DNA of 64,000 nucleotides from Lama guanicoe (lineage: Eukaryota): positions 3,044,151-3,108,150 of the forward strand of contig MU054001.1 of the NCBI GenBank assembly GCA_013239625.1. Direction: 5' to 3'. Both the position numbers and the translations under genes were made by a program. Position 1 is the first letter of the stretch, and every line of letters starts with the position of its first letter. Positions 51,906 to 64,000 of this stretch are shown piece after piece. The notes under the pieces were generated by a model. It ran no database searches and had not been told where the DNA came from. It was given only the letters and a program-made list of their open reading frames with translations.

Positions 51906-52704
51906 AGAGGGAAACTGAGTTTTCTTAATTAAATCCTGTAAATATGCTATGAGTTTGAGGTTGTTAACCCCATTTTAGAGGTGAGAAAACTGAGATTCCA
52001 TGATGTTAAATAACATACACAAGTTCACACATCAAGAAAGTGGCAGGGCCAGGGTTTAAACTCATCCACAGAACGTTCGCTCTCCTCCATGGCAACCATA
52101 ACTCAATCAACTCTTTATAACAAAGAAAATGTAAACCCTATAACTTTCACAGAGAGCCTGCATTGGGAAGCCTCTGGGACCATCTGTTCCTCCAGAAGGC
52201 TTGCAACTGTTCTTTTCATGTTTGTAAGAAGAGTTTGGTAACAAAGCCCATTTAACATCAAACTGGAAGACAGCAGAGTGTTCTTTGGCCTTGTAGCAAT
52301 GCTGATGTCGCCTGAATTTATAACATGGCGAATGGTTAGGCAGATGGCATTTAATAGGTTCCCAGACATAAACATGAGGCTTAAGTTGTATGTGGTATAT
52401 GTTCCTGAGCTTCCATAAACTCCGTAGGGGATAAGTCTATCTCTGCCCTCTTCCTTTCCCCCACAACATGAGCGTGTTAACCATTCAGAGACATGGGCAG
52501 GACGTACAGAAATGGTCCCACTCATAAGAAGAGTTACAGAGTGACTGGTGTGATAGGCTTTCCAACTCATCCCAAACAGCACTGGCCTTGGCTGAACTAG
52601 GTCATGTTAGTCACTAATGGCAGAAGGCAAGACAACTGGTGTTTGTTAGGAGGACCTTGGTCTTAACAGTGTAAGATATCTCTCTCACAAGTCATGTCAC
52701 TCTA

Positions 52705-52875
52705 TTTTTTAATCAATAAAGCTTTTTTTTTAGTATAGTTTTAGATTTATAGAAAAAAATGAGCAGATAGTATAGGCTGTTTCCATATTCACACACACAC
52801 ACAGTTTCCCCTATTAGCAACATCTGACATTGATGTGGTATGTTTGGACAATTAATGAACCAATAGCAATTTATA

Positions 52876-52913
<38 letters not shown>

Positions 52914-55900
52914 TACTACTATTACTATTATTACTATTATTACTACTATTATTGTTAACTGAAGTCCATAGTTTATTTTGACTTCCCTAGTTTTTACCTG
53001 ATGCTCTTTTTCTGTTGCAGCATTCCACCCAGGATCCCATTTGGTTGTCATATCTCCTTAGACTCCTCCTGGCTGTGCCAGTTTTTTTCAGATTTTTCTT
53101 CCTTTTCTTGATTTTAACAATTTTGAGGAACACTAGTCAGATATATTGTAGGATGTCCCTTGATTGGAATTTGTCTGATGTTTTTCTCATGATTAGATTG
53201 GGGTCCTGGGTTTGGGGGAAGAAGATCACAGAGGTGAAGTGTCATTCTACTCACATCATATGAAGGATACATACCGTCAACACACGACTGACTGCTCTTG
53301 ATTTTGACCTTGGTCATCTGGCTCAGGCAGTGCTTGTCAGGTTTTTCTACTATAAAGCTACTCTTTCCCTCTCTTTCTATACTGTCCTCTTTGGAAGGAA
53401 GTGTGTAGTCCCCACTTAAGGACTGGGGAGTTATGTCTTCCTCTCCTTGAGGACAAAGTGTCCACATAATTTATTTGGAATCTTTCTGCATAGCAGATTT
53501 GGCTCTTCTCCATTTATTAATTTACTCAATATTTATTTATATCAGTATGAACTCATGGGTATTTATTTTTCACTTTGGGTTGTAATACAATACTACTTTC
53601 TTTTTTTGCTGAAATTCTTTCAGCGGGCACTCTTTCTGTTGGCTCCTGTGCCCCTTTAACACGTATCCATCAATGTGTTGTGTTTTTTCGTTGTTGTCAC
53701 TCGTTTGGTTTTTTTTTTAGCACTTCCTTACTTTCTGGGTGTACAAGTTGCTCCAGGCTCATCTTGTTTATCCCCTCCACCCCTAGTCCAAGAATCAGCT
53801 ATTGCTTTAAGAAGCCTTGGTTACTTTAATTGGAAGATGGTATTAGAAACCAAGATCTGGACACTGGCTGGGGTTGTCACTCCTGAGGTATCATTGAAAC
53901 ATCTAAGCTCACAGGGTAAAGAAATACATGTGTATACTAACCCATGTGTATAAACATACCTATAAAATCTCTGTTTATAATAATCTCTATCTGTTTTAAG
54001 ATAAACATGAGTTCTTACTGGTATCTCTAACTCTGATCCATTACCATATGGATCATTCTAGTCTCCTCCCCTTACTTATGTAAATTCCCACTATGACATC
54101 AAGAAACCTACCTCCCACCATCCATTTAATGAATTGTTCCATCCCAATATACTTGTATAGCATTATCAGAACTGTTAACCTGTACCCACATCAGAAACAA
54201 CTTTATCAGTGAGAGTACAGGGCTCATGTGAAGTTCCTTTTGCTTTTAGTCTTACAGACTTCATTTTTAAAGTTACTTAGGTCAATACCTTTTCCCCCAT
54301 TCCCTTCAGTGATGTTGTTTCACACATTTGTGATGCAGTAAGATTCTCTTATTATAGTCTGAATTCTTTCCTGGGATCCCCTGGCATTCTAAATCATTAC
54401 TTTTTAAACTTTCATACATTAAGATTGACCCCTTGCACTATAAAGTTGTATGGGTTTTTACAAATGCATAATGTCATATATCCATCATCACAGTGTCATA
54501 CAGAATATTTTCACTACCCTAAAAATCTCCTCTGCCTCATCTATTCATTCTTCTTTCCTCCCCTCCAAACTCCTGGCAATCATTGACCTTTTTATTATCT
54601 CTGTTATTTTACCTTTTCCAGAATGACATATAATTGGAATCACACAGAATATAGCCTTTTCAGAATGGCTTCTTTCACTAAGCAATAAACATTTAAGTTT
54701 TTTCCATGTCTTAATGCTGCTTGATAGCTCATTTCTTTTTATCATTGGAAAATATTCTATTGTATGAGTGTACCACAATTTATTTCAGTCAATTTCTTGC
54801 AGTTTTAGGTGAATAATCAAAATAAAGCTGCCTAAACATTCATGTGCACATTTTGATGGGCAAAAGTTTTCAGTTCAATTGGGTAAATACCTAGGAGTGC
54901 CACTGCTGTGTCATATGGTAAGATACACTTAGCTTGGTAAGAAACTGCCTAATTGCTTTCTAAAATAACTGTCATTTTGCATTCCAACTAGCAGTGAATG
55001 AGAGATTCTATTACTCCACATCCTCACCAGCATTTGATGTTTTCAGTGTTTTGAATTTTAGCCATTCTAATAGTATAGTGGCATCTTGTTGTTTCAATGT
55101 GCAGTTCCCTAATGAAAAGTGATGTTGAACATCTTGTCATATGTCTGTTAGTCATCTGGGTATCTTTTTAAGTGAAGTGTCCATTCAGATCTTTCCTCTG
55201 TTTTTAACTGGGCTGTATGTTCATTTTATTGTTGACTTTTAAGAGTTCTTTGTATATTTTGGATACCAGTTCTTCATAAAATACATGTTTTACATAAATT
55301 TTCTCCCAATCTGTGGTTTGCCTTTTTATTTTCCTAACAGTCTTTTCTGCAAAGCAGACGGTTTTAACTTTAATAAAGACCAGCTTATTAATCTTTTCTT
55401 TGATAAATTGTGCTTTTGGTGCTGTTTCCAAAGCTTATCACCAAATCTAAGGTCATTTGGATTTTCTCCTATGTTATCTTCCAAACATTTTATATTTCCA
55501 ATTTTTTCATTTAGATCTGTGATCCATTTTGAGTTAATTTTTGTGAAAAGCATAAGGTCTGTGTTTAAATTCACTTTTTGCTTATGGAAGTCAAAATGTT
55601 TCCAAGCACTGTGTGTCGGGACGACTGCTCTCTCTCCTCTCTCCTTTAAATTGCCTTTGCTCTTTGTCAGAGCTTAGTTGACTGTATTTGTGTGGGTCTA
55701 TTTCTGGGCTCTCTGGTCTGTTCCATCTATTTATGTGTCTATTCTTTTTCTAACACCATGTTGCCTTGATTACTGTAGGTTTATGGTAAATCTTGAAGTT
55801 GAGTGCTATAAGTCCTTTAGCTTTGTTTTTCATTTTCAGCATTACGTTGGCTATTCTGAGTCTTCGCTTTTGTATATAAACTTTAGAATCTGTCTCTATC

Positions 55901-55990
55901 CACAAAATAGTGTGCTGGTACTTTGGGATTGTGTTGAATCTATAGATCAAGTTAGGAAGAATTGACATCTTAACAGTATTGAGTTTTCTA
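52705..55990 (-). mobile_element. L1MC-type element (3' UTR plus ORF2 C-terminus), antisense, ~3.3 kb
   Basis: The terminus ttttagtatagttttagatttatagaaaaaaatgagcagatagtatag is L1MC-like. ORF2 remnants include MWYTHTIEY (54545-54778), KRQTTDWEKI, FTKINSKWITDLN and MSILPNLIYRFNTIP (55750-55968). Confidence 0.9.
52876..52956. repeat. (ATT)n/(ACT)n trinucleotide microsatellite inside the L1
   Basis: Directly visible in the sequence. Confidence 0.95.
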
Positions 55991-55997
55991 ACAGGTA

Positions 55998-56625
55998 TTT
56001 TTTTTTACTAGCTTTACTAGGGCATAATTGATATAAACTAAGCTCCTCACATTTAAATTGCACATTGTGATAAATTCTGATGTATGTAGCACTCCTGAAG
56101 CTATCACCACACTCAATAGAATAAACAAATTCATCACCCTCAAAAGTTTCCTCATGTCTCTTTGTAATCCTTTTTTTCTCACTCCCCAGCACCAAGCACC
56201 AATAGAATCCTTTTTTTCTCACTCCCCAGCCCCAATCACCAATACGATTTCTATTACTATATATTAGTCTACATTCCCTATAGTTTGATATAAATGGAAT
56301 AATGCAACATGGATTCTTTTTGGCCTGATTTACTTATTTCACTCAGTATTATTATGAGATTTGTTAATGTTGTAGTACATGTCTCTAGACTATTTCTATC
56401 ACAAGTAATATCCAATTGTGTAGACAGACAACAATTTGTGAATTCATTCATCTGATGATGAACATTGGATTGTTTCCAGCTTTCGGCTAGTCCTAACAGC
56501 AGCTATGAACATTTGTGGACAAGTATTTGTATAGACACGTGCTTCCATATTTCTTAGGTAAATGCCTGTGAATAGAATGACTGGGTCGTCTGATAAGCAT
56601 CATTTTACCTTTTTAAAATAACTGC
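55998..56625 (-). mobile_element. Separate L1 (L1MB/ME-like) 3' end, antisense
   Basis: Poly(T) then agctttactagggcataattgatata...catcaccctcaaaagtttcctcatg...tgatgaacattggattgtttccag. Confidence 0.8.
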
Positions 56626-57742
56626 CACCCCACACTCCTTACTACACTCATTTGTTACAACCCAATTCCAAGGAGCATTGTGAGCTGTTAAAAATAGACG
56701 TCTTCAAGCTGTTCTTTGACAGAAGGAGGAAGTACTATGACACCAGTTAGAAATACTGGCTTCAGAGGTTTGAGAAAGTTCAGCCCAAGCCAGACACTTC
56801 TTCCACCCAAGTCTTCTCTATTCTTAGTCGGAGACATTTGTTATTATTTTATGGACAGAAAGGCTTTCTCTCTCCCATGTGGTTCTGCTCCCTCCCTTCA
56901 TAATTTTGCCATAGGTTCAAAGTCTCAAAGTTTTTTAGATTCATTCTTTTCTATTTTCAGTGGCATGCCACCTAAAATGTTTCTCTGGAGAATGCCTTTG
57001 GGAAACCTTTCAAATCTTGTTCTCTCTTCCTGAAGACATGAGTTATATTCTCTTTAAGGAAAAAAAAATGTGTCCTCTTCCTGTTTATTTCTTCTTCTAC
57101 AGAGTTCTGGGCCCCTTGGTTCTTCTTTTTGAAGCTGATCCCTCTCTCCCTTGCTTCTTGGACTAAGGATTTTGTTGAAGACTTCTTTTCCCTTTAAGTC
57201 ACTACCACCAGAGTTTACAGATAATGTTTCTGTTTCATTTTTGGTTAGTTCCTAGAATTGTTTTTTAGCCTAGGGAATATTTATTTATCACCACCAACAA
57301 TTTATCACCATTTAAGACCCCCACACCCTGCTCTCTCCCCCACCTCCATCAACCACTTCTTTACAATGAAATTTTGCATAGATGCCTTGAGCTGTCAAGG
57401 CAGAATGCACCTACTCAGCATTTTGTGACGATTGAGGTCTGTTTTAAGATCTGAAGGGGAAAAATACAAGACAATTTAATGTCTGGGCTCATGGGTTTAA
57501 GATTTAAGGGGAGCATCAGAACTCACTTTCATGAAACAACTTATATGCACATAAGAGTAAGACATTGTGCAGTGAAGCTGGGGCTTGGATATATGTTCAG
57601 GATTTGGGGTGACCTGGGCCATAAAGAGAAGTTAAAGGGATAGAGGAGTCGAGAAGTTCATTTCAGCCCTAGAGGAAAGATCAACTTAATACTCATCACG
57701 TGCCTATTCTAATTAGGGTACCTTGCACCTACAGGTTGCAGT

Positions 57743-57853
57743 AAAGGGACACACCATCCTGGTTTGTCTGGGACTGAGAGTTTCCTGGGACATGGGATTT
57801 TCCATGCAAACACCAGGAAAGTGCTAGGCAAACCTGGATGATTGGTCACCCTA
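57743..57853. mobile_element. MER81-like hAT-Blackjack MITE
   Basis: Inverted arms accatcctggtttgtctgggact and agtgctaggcaaacctggatgattggtcacccta. Confidence 0.75.
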
Positions 57854-57926
57854 TGGGGTGGCCTCTGTCCTCATGGGGCTTTGAGTCTATGGTAGGCCAC
57901 AGTTAGGCAAGAATCATGAGAGGTGT

Positions 57927-58404
57927 TGCGGAAGGCTGAACAACAGCCCCTCACATGCCTCCACCTCATTCCTGGAACCTGTGAATGATACCTTGTATGC
58001 CAAAAGCAACTTTTCAGATGTTATTCAGTTAAGAGTCTTATCTTGGATTATCCAGGTAGCCCCAGTGCCATCACAAAGGTCCTCACAATAGGGATACAGG
58101 GAAGTCAGCATCCGAGGAGGAGATGATGTGACAGTGGATGCTGACAGCAGAGTGTTGCATTTAGAAAATGAAGGACACGTCCATGGCCAGGGAATGCAGG
58201 CACCACTAGAAGCTGAAAAAAGGCAAGGAGATGAATTCTCTCCTGGAACCTCCAGAAGGAACCAGCCTGCTGACGCCTTGACTTTAGCCCCATGAGACAG
58301 ATTTCAGACTTCTGACCTCCAGAACCGTAAGAGGATGAATGTGTGTTGTTCTAAGCCACTGTGTTTGTGGTGATTTGTTACAGCAAAAATAGGAAACTAA
58401 CACA
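57927..58404 (+). mobile_element. Complete MaLR solo LTR (MLT1C/D-like)
   Basis: TG...CA termini (tgcggaaggctgaac...ggaaactaacaca) and a perfect 5-bp TSD GGTGT at 57922-57926 and 58405-58409. Confidence 0.9.
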
Positions 58405-58461
58405 GGTGTACATCAAGAAAAGGAAGGCCAAGGTGACGGACTCCTATAATAACAGGTCCCC

Positions 58462-59022
58462 TGTGATAGTTAATTTTATATGTCAACTTGCCCAGCCATG
58501 GGGTGCCCAGCTTAAACATTGTTTCTGGGGGCATCTTTTAGTGTGTTTCCCTATGGGATTAGCATTTGAATTGATGGACTCAGTAAAGTAGATGGCCCTC
58601 CCCGTGTGTGATGTGTGTAGCCACTATTCAATCTGTTAAGGGCCTGAATAGAGCAAAAAGCTGAGGAACAGAGCATCCATTCCCTTCCTGCCTGACTGAC
58701 TGAGTGGGAACATGGGTCCGTTCCTGCCCTGGGCCTGGGATTGACACCATCATTAGCTCCTCTGGTCCTCAGACTTTAAGATTCAAACTGAATTACATGA
58801 CCGGCTTCACTGGGTCTCCCAGTCTCTCTCCTAGTCTCTAGTGTGCAGATGGCGATCATGGGACTTCTCAGGCTCCAAGGTCATGTGAGTCAATTCCTCA
58901 TAATTAATTAATCTTAGATAGATAGATAGATAGATCGATCGATCGATCTCTTACTGATTCTTTTTGTGTGTGTGTATGTATGTATGTATATTCTGCTTCT
59001 CTGAAGAACCCAGACTAATATA
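58462..59022 (+). mobile_element. ERVL solo LTR (MLT2B-like) containing (GATA)n(GATC)n
   Basis: Starts tgtgatagttaattttatatgtcaacttg and ends ttctgcttctctgaagaacccagactaatata. Confidence 0.85.
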
Positions 59023-60584
59023 CCAACCTAGCCCAGAAAAGGTCAGAATAAAAGGTATAGTGGTTAAGTACTTATCTCCAGAGGGGGAAAAACTCACACC
59101 CTGGAAAACACAATGATAATCTATTTTGGTGTGTGAAGAAGATAAGAGTATTTCCATTTTTTCCCTCTATCTCATTATTTTTATATTATTATTGGGGGCA
59201 CGTTATATAAAGTAGATATGATAGTCATACTTGCATATAACATATAAATTAATAAACAGATATCGATGGAAGTGACTCTTTCTTCATAACGGGGTGTACA
59301 ATAACAAAGTTTGATGGTCACAAATCTCTGAAGTTAGGCTTGGGTCAACTCAGAGCCACTCCTACTTGCCCCCTCCTCTCCCATCCTCCACATGTCCATC
59401 TGTGGAATGGGATGATGATAATGATACTAGTACTTTAACTCACAGAGCTGGAGGAGACTTGGAATTGATACCGCATGTGAGAGCTGGGCTGAAGGTGAGG
59501 TAAGGGGGTGCCCCCTCTCAGGGTGTGTAATATGGGGTCAGCACCTGACCTTTCCCTCCCTGGGACCTACTTTGTCTCATTCTACTGTATTTGAGCACTT
59601 GGCACATACGAAGCACAGAGATCGCTTGGTTCCTGGTGGCTGTCAGACTTGATATTCACTGTCTAAGCCCAGCCCCAGACTGTGAACCCTTAACCAAGAC
59701 ACTCTTCCAGGAAGCCACAGATAGTGAGTTCGTCACATTCCTGATCCCGGATGTTCAGAGAGGAGTTGGGTCGGCCTTTGTGGAGTGAAGTCTCAACCCC
59801 CATCAAGCCTCGCCCTGGAGGCCGGCTCTCCCCACATCAGGCACACTCTTAAACATCTGTCTGTGGCGTGATTTATTCTATTTTAAAATGAGGTTTTCAA
59901 ACAACTCACTATCTTAATTTTAGCAGTTCAGCTCCTTTGTATGCTAACAATACCAAACATGCAAATGAGCTACCACTTTGCTTTCTAGCAAAAATGTTTC
60001 TGTGCAAACACTTGATTTTATAACGCACTTTGCAGCTTTCTCCTATAATTAGTTGTTAAATCTATATTTGACTTTGTCTAAGTGGTTGCATTGCAAGGCT
60101 GTTTTTCTCGCCTCTCACTTTGGCTACTTCATCTTTCGCCTGCCCATGTATCTGTCTGCACAGGGTATGGCTTCCTGGATAGTTTTTAGACTGAAGGCAA
60201 AAACCAGAAAATATGACAGAAGTCAGTGTCTGCTTGCACCCAGAGACCCCAAAGGCTGCAGGTTGGGTCAGGTTCACACCACATATCTCTCATCCTCTTG
60301 GATCAGCAGATTAGCCATGGCCTGTTCATCTCATGGTGAGAGCAGAAGTACAAGAGGGCAAGGTTAACCAGGCAGCTCACACCTAGCCTCTGCCTGCATC
60401 ACGCCTTCCAGCACCCAAAACCAAGGGCCCGGAAGTTTATTCCCCCCACCAGGAGGCCAAAGCAGGCCACGTGGTCAAGCTCAGTAGCAGTGGGTGGGGA
60501 AGTATATTCCTTCTGTGGCAGTGAGGGTGGGAAGGGGGTGAATTTCTTTGAATGATAATCTGATCTACCATAGGTATCCCTCTA

Positions 60585-60885
60585 GGAAGAAACAGACTCA
60601 CAGACATAGAGAACACTCTTATGGTTACCAGGGGGTAAAGAAGATAGGACAGGATAAATTGGGAATTCAAAAATTGCACCTCTTGGGGAGTGATGGAAAT
60701 GTTAGCTATCTTGACTGTGATAGTGGTTTCATTGGTGTACACATCTATCAAATTCATCAAATTGTATACTTGAAATATGTGTAGTTTATTGTACAGGAAC
60801 CGTATCACAATAAAGGTGTTAAAATGCATAAAATAAAATAAAATAAAATAAAATAAAATAAAATAAAATAAAATAATAAAAAAAG
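60585..60885 (+). mobile_element. Composite L1 3' end with (AAAAT)n tail
   Basis: gaaacagactcacagacatagagaac...atggttacc (younger-type UTR) is joined to ggggagtgatggaaatgtt...tatcttgactgtgatagtggtt...caataaag (L1MB/ME-type end), followed by (AAAAT)n at ~60830-60876. Confidence 0.8.
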
Positions 60886-61074
60886 AACCCTGTTGGAGAA
60901 TCTTAGAGCTAAAGGGTTGTTCATTCACACAGTAAAGATTTATTGAGATTTATAGCCGGTGTGATAGTGATTTAAGAGTTTAAACAAGAGATGACATGAA
61001 CTCACCTCTCTTGTGCTTACAGTCTAGACTAAAGAGGTCATTGAGGCCAACCCCAAACTCTCCAATGTCCTACA

Positions 61075-62500
61075 AACTGTGGGGCCTGAAGCACATTCAA
61101 TTTTGGAGCCCTCATCTAGTAAAAGGATGCAAAGAGCACAAACTTAGGCATGAAAGTAATGTTGATTTAAAATAAGAAAATAAATCATTACAAAATAGTA
61201 ATTTTAAAAAGCTGACAATTTTTTTTACAAATGTTTTCAGAAAAATAAGAATATTTTAATTCATTAAGTCCTGGGGCACCTCTATTATACTTTTTTCCTA
61301 CATTTTTGGCTGTACTCTCTTTGATTGCATCTTGCTATGATGATGGTTTTGTAATATTTTCTATGTTGAGAATAGAAAGATAATTCAGTCTTTCTTTTGG
61401 AATTGTTGATCAAAATACTAAAACATGATATTTGGGATGTGTAAAACATGCAACTTCACTGATAGATATACTTACTGAAAGATAAAGGTTTGTACTCTCC
61501 AAATTCAATATTTCTCATAAATTATATTTCAAGAGTGCTCATGTAAATTGTGGTGGGTTTATAATTATATTGTCAATAAAATGCTGCTTTATTTAGTATA
61601 TTCTGACAGGAAAGGGCTTCTATTTTGACTAGGAATTAATGGGAACAGAAATTTTTGCTTATAATTGTGAACATCTCATGATTGTAGAATTTTTCATAAC
61701 CTAGCTTCTGGCTCGCTGTTTTTCAAACGTGTTTTCTTCTTTCCTCCTAATTCTGGGACCAGGTACCACAGGACACATTCCTATCTCATTACAGTGTCTG
61801 TCTGTCTTTGTACTGCCGTGTCACGATGCAGTGAGTTGGCCCAGGGCAGGAGCTGTATTCCTGATCCCACACTTACACTGGGGCAGCCAGCAATAGCTTA
61901 CTATCCACAGACACTGTGAACGACACAAATAAATCTCACTTAATACAGGCTAGAAGTATCCCCAACTCAGTGTCCTCTTGAGCAGCTCCTGAAAATGTCA
62001 TAACCAGCCAACACACGGGATAAGTGTAATGGGAGGAAAATTGGAACAGAAAGAGGTGCAGTCTTACCGAAGTGGAGTCAAAATATCTAAGTCTGCAAAT
62101 TTTACAGAAATATGTTGTCTCAGTGTATTCAGGCTGCTATAACAAAATACCACATATCGAGTAGCTGGTAAACAGCAAACATTTATTTTTCACAGTTCTG
62201 GAGGCTGGGAAGTCCAAGATCAAGTTGCCAGCAGATTTAATGTCTGATGAAGGCCCACTTCCTAGCCATCCTCTAGAGTAACCTCATGTGATAGGAGCTC
62301 TCTCATTCCTCCATTTTGCAAGAGCACTAATCCCATTCATAACCTAGTCACCTTCCATCGACTAATAGCATCCCTTGGAGGTCAGGATTTCCATGTGTGA
62401 ATCTGAAGGGGACAGACATTCAATCTGCAGCACATGTGATACGTAGCCTCACGGCTAAGCCTAAGAATTAAGCTTCTCAACTTCACGGGGAGTCCTTGAG
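61075..62500 (+). mobile_element. Zaphod-like hAT-Tip100 DNA transposon relic, interrupted by an MLT1 LTR
   Basis: The 5' part reads tgtggggcctgaagcacattcaattttggagccctc. The 3' part reads tgcaaattttacagaaatatg|catgtga...ttaagcttctcaacttcacgg. The family name is from memory. Confidence 0.65.
62116..62432 (-). mobile_element. MaLR solo LTR (MLT1A/B-like)
   Basis: Reads tgtctcagtgtattcaggctgctataacaaaatacc...cacagttctggaggctgggaagtccaagatcaag...acattcaatctgcagca. The TSD is tatgt/catgt. Confidence 0.88.
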
Positions 62501-62879
62501 GCCTCCCAGCACAGATTTCCATTGTATGATAGCTTCATGCCCAGGGTGGTGTGGCTCCTTGAAGGAACTACCCCTGTGATACACCTTGGGAACTGCAAAA
62601 AGGGGACAGAGCCAGGTCTTCTTTCATTTTATGGGTTATATCATAAACTACCTGACATACTGGTCCCGTCCTCTCTCTGTCTCTCTGCCTCTCTCTCTCT
62701 CCTTCTAACCACTGACCCTGTAATTTATTCTCCCTTTTGGCTTCCACTTGCCCTCCAGATTTGACTGCATAAACCACGGGCGCCCTGAAGAAAGCCTGCC
62801 CCAGCTTGCCCCGGCCCCAGGACCCTCCCAGCAGAGCGCTCTCCCGGGGACAGTAGGAAGTTCTTTCTAGATAAGACAC

Positions 62880-63400
62880 TAAATGCTCATATACATATGA
62901 GAAAATGCTTCAACTCACTGCTAATCAGGAAAACGCAGATTGGAAACCACAATGAGATACCATCTTGGTCTCATAATATTGGCAAAAATTAAAAAGATCA
63001 ATAGTTTCAACAGCTGGCACCGTCCCTGGCAGATGGGTATCATGATACAACATTGCTCCAGAGGCCTTTATGGGACTAGCTGTCAAAATGTATCATGTGC
63101 CTCCCTGCTAACTTTTGTATATTTCAAAGAGCCTATTTTACAGAAATACACTCATTTGCTCAAAGATGTATTAGAGGTTTTTTTTTTTAAATTGCAACAT
63201 CAAAATAATGAAAAAATTGAGGCAATATAAATGTTCACCAATGAGAAACAGGTTAAATAAATTATACCTCATGCACACTGTGAAATAGTCTGTAATTATT
63301 TAAAAAATTTGTTGTTCTGACATAGAAATATCCTGAAGGCATTTTAATATGTGAGAAAATCAAGTCAAAGCACCATGCATGCTGTATGGGCCCATTTTTC
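62880..63400 (+). mobile_element. Old L1 (L1ME-like) 3' fragment
   Basis: aaaatgcttcaactcactgctaatcaggaaaacgcagattggaaaccacaatgagataccat translates to include TTMRYH, and ggttaaataaattata follows. Confidence 0.75.
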
Positions 63401-63424
63401 AAGGACTGAAAGACTTTGAACAAA

Positions 63425-63640
63425 TCAAATAACCTCTTGGGATCTCAGTCTCTTCATCTGGAGAGAATTCCTCCCACTTCCCAGGTGCTGGCAAATTAAA
63501 AGCGACAATGGCTATAAAAGAATCCCATAAACTATAAAGTTCTATGTAATTAGGCAGATTTAAGCACGCCTAGCAAAGTGCCTGGCACATAGCAGGCATT
63601 CAAAAGGTAGTGGTGAAGTGAATGACTGAATCATTGAATG
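63425..63640 (+). mobile_element. MIR and L2 terminal relics
   Basis: aacctcttgggatctcagtctcttcatctg (MIR) and gcctagcaaagtgcctggcacatagcaggcattcaaaa (L2 end). Confidence 0.6.
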
Positions 63641-64000
63641 GGAGAATGAAGTTCTGGGTGGACTGGGTTAAACCAAAAGACGGTGCTGGCCTTGGAGTCA
63701 CCGTTAATGCCAGAATCACGCTGATGACCCTGAAGCAATAGGTGAAGTTCACCTCGATGGAATATTGTCCCGTTATTTACATGATCATCAGGGTGACATA
63801 TTAAGTGAAGAGAACAGAGTGCCCATGTAGAATGCACCCTCCGACTCCAACGACAAGGAAATGAAATATTTTTAGAGATCAGTCCTGGGAGGCAAACGCA
63901 AAATTGAAAACAGTTGGTTTGTTTAGTGTGGTGATATTGTGGGTAAATTTTTTTTTTAACTTCTAGAACTGTTGTAATGTTTCAGGCAGCATACACTTTA

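Noticed and set aside
52713..53051. Poly-Ile/Val 'transmembrane' ORF
   Set aside because: It is a translation of the (ATT)n/(ACT)n microsatellite within an L1.
54545..55968. ORFs with L1 ORF2 similarity as functional CDS (also 26122-26557 and 27510-27749)
   Set aside because: They are fragmented by stops and frameshifts and are dead L1 remnants.
60437..60928. 163-aa ORF with ILFY repeats
   Set aside because: It is the antisense translation of an L1 3' end and its (AAAAT)n tail.
63631..63837. 68-aa minus-strand ORF as a possible exon
   Set aside because: It overlaps degenerate L1ME-like sequence (gatggaatatt...gacatattaagtgaa), and I found no recognisable protein or splice-site pair.
1..64000. 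CRISPR arrays, operons, prokaryotic defence systems or a foreign inserted segment
   Set aside because: I saw no repeat-spacer array, no dense coding block and no compositional discontinuity. The whole window is consistent with mammalian non-coding DNA.

Overview
This is mammalian, non-bacterial genomic DNA, most likely from a camelid (alpaca, llama or camel). The evidence is a Vic-1-type tRNA-derived SINE, artiodactyl-type L1 3' tails, and no recognisable Alu, BovB/Bov-tA or PRE1 elements. The window is AT-rich, CpG-depleted and dense in repeats. I found no intact protein-coding gene, so it reads as intergenic or deep intronic sequence. The clearest structures are: (i) an ancient ERV1-like provirus (~4.46-11.08 kb) whose two LTRs still align and which carries four later insertions, one of them a 5'-truncated RPL26 processed pseudogene with target-site duplications (TSDs); (ii) a very old antisense L1 (~22.1-28.9 kb) containing nested MIR, L1 and SINE insertions; (iii) many MaLR/ERVL LTRs, hAT MITEs, and MIR and L2 relics; (iv) several repeat-free, motif-rich blocks that may be enhancers, plus two possible non-coding exons. 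I found no support for a novel biological system. Repeat family names come from recalled consensus sequences, not a database search. Boundaries are approximate unless a TSD is quoted.
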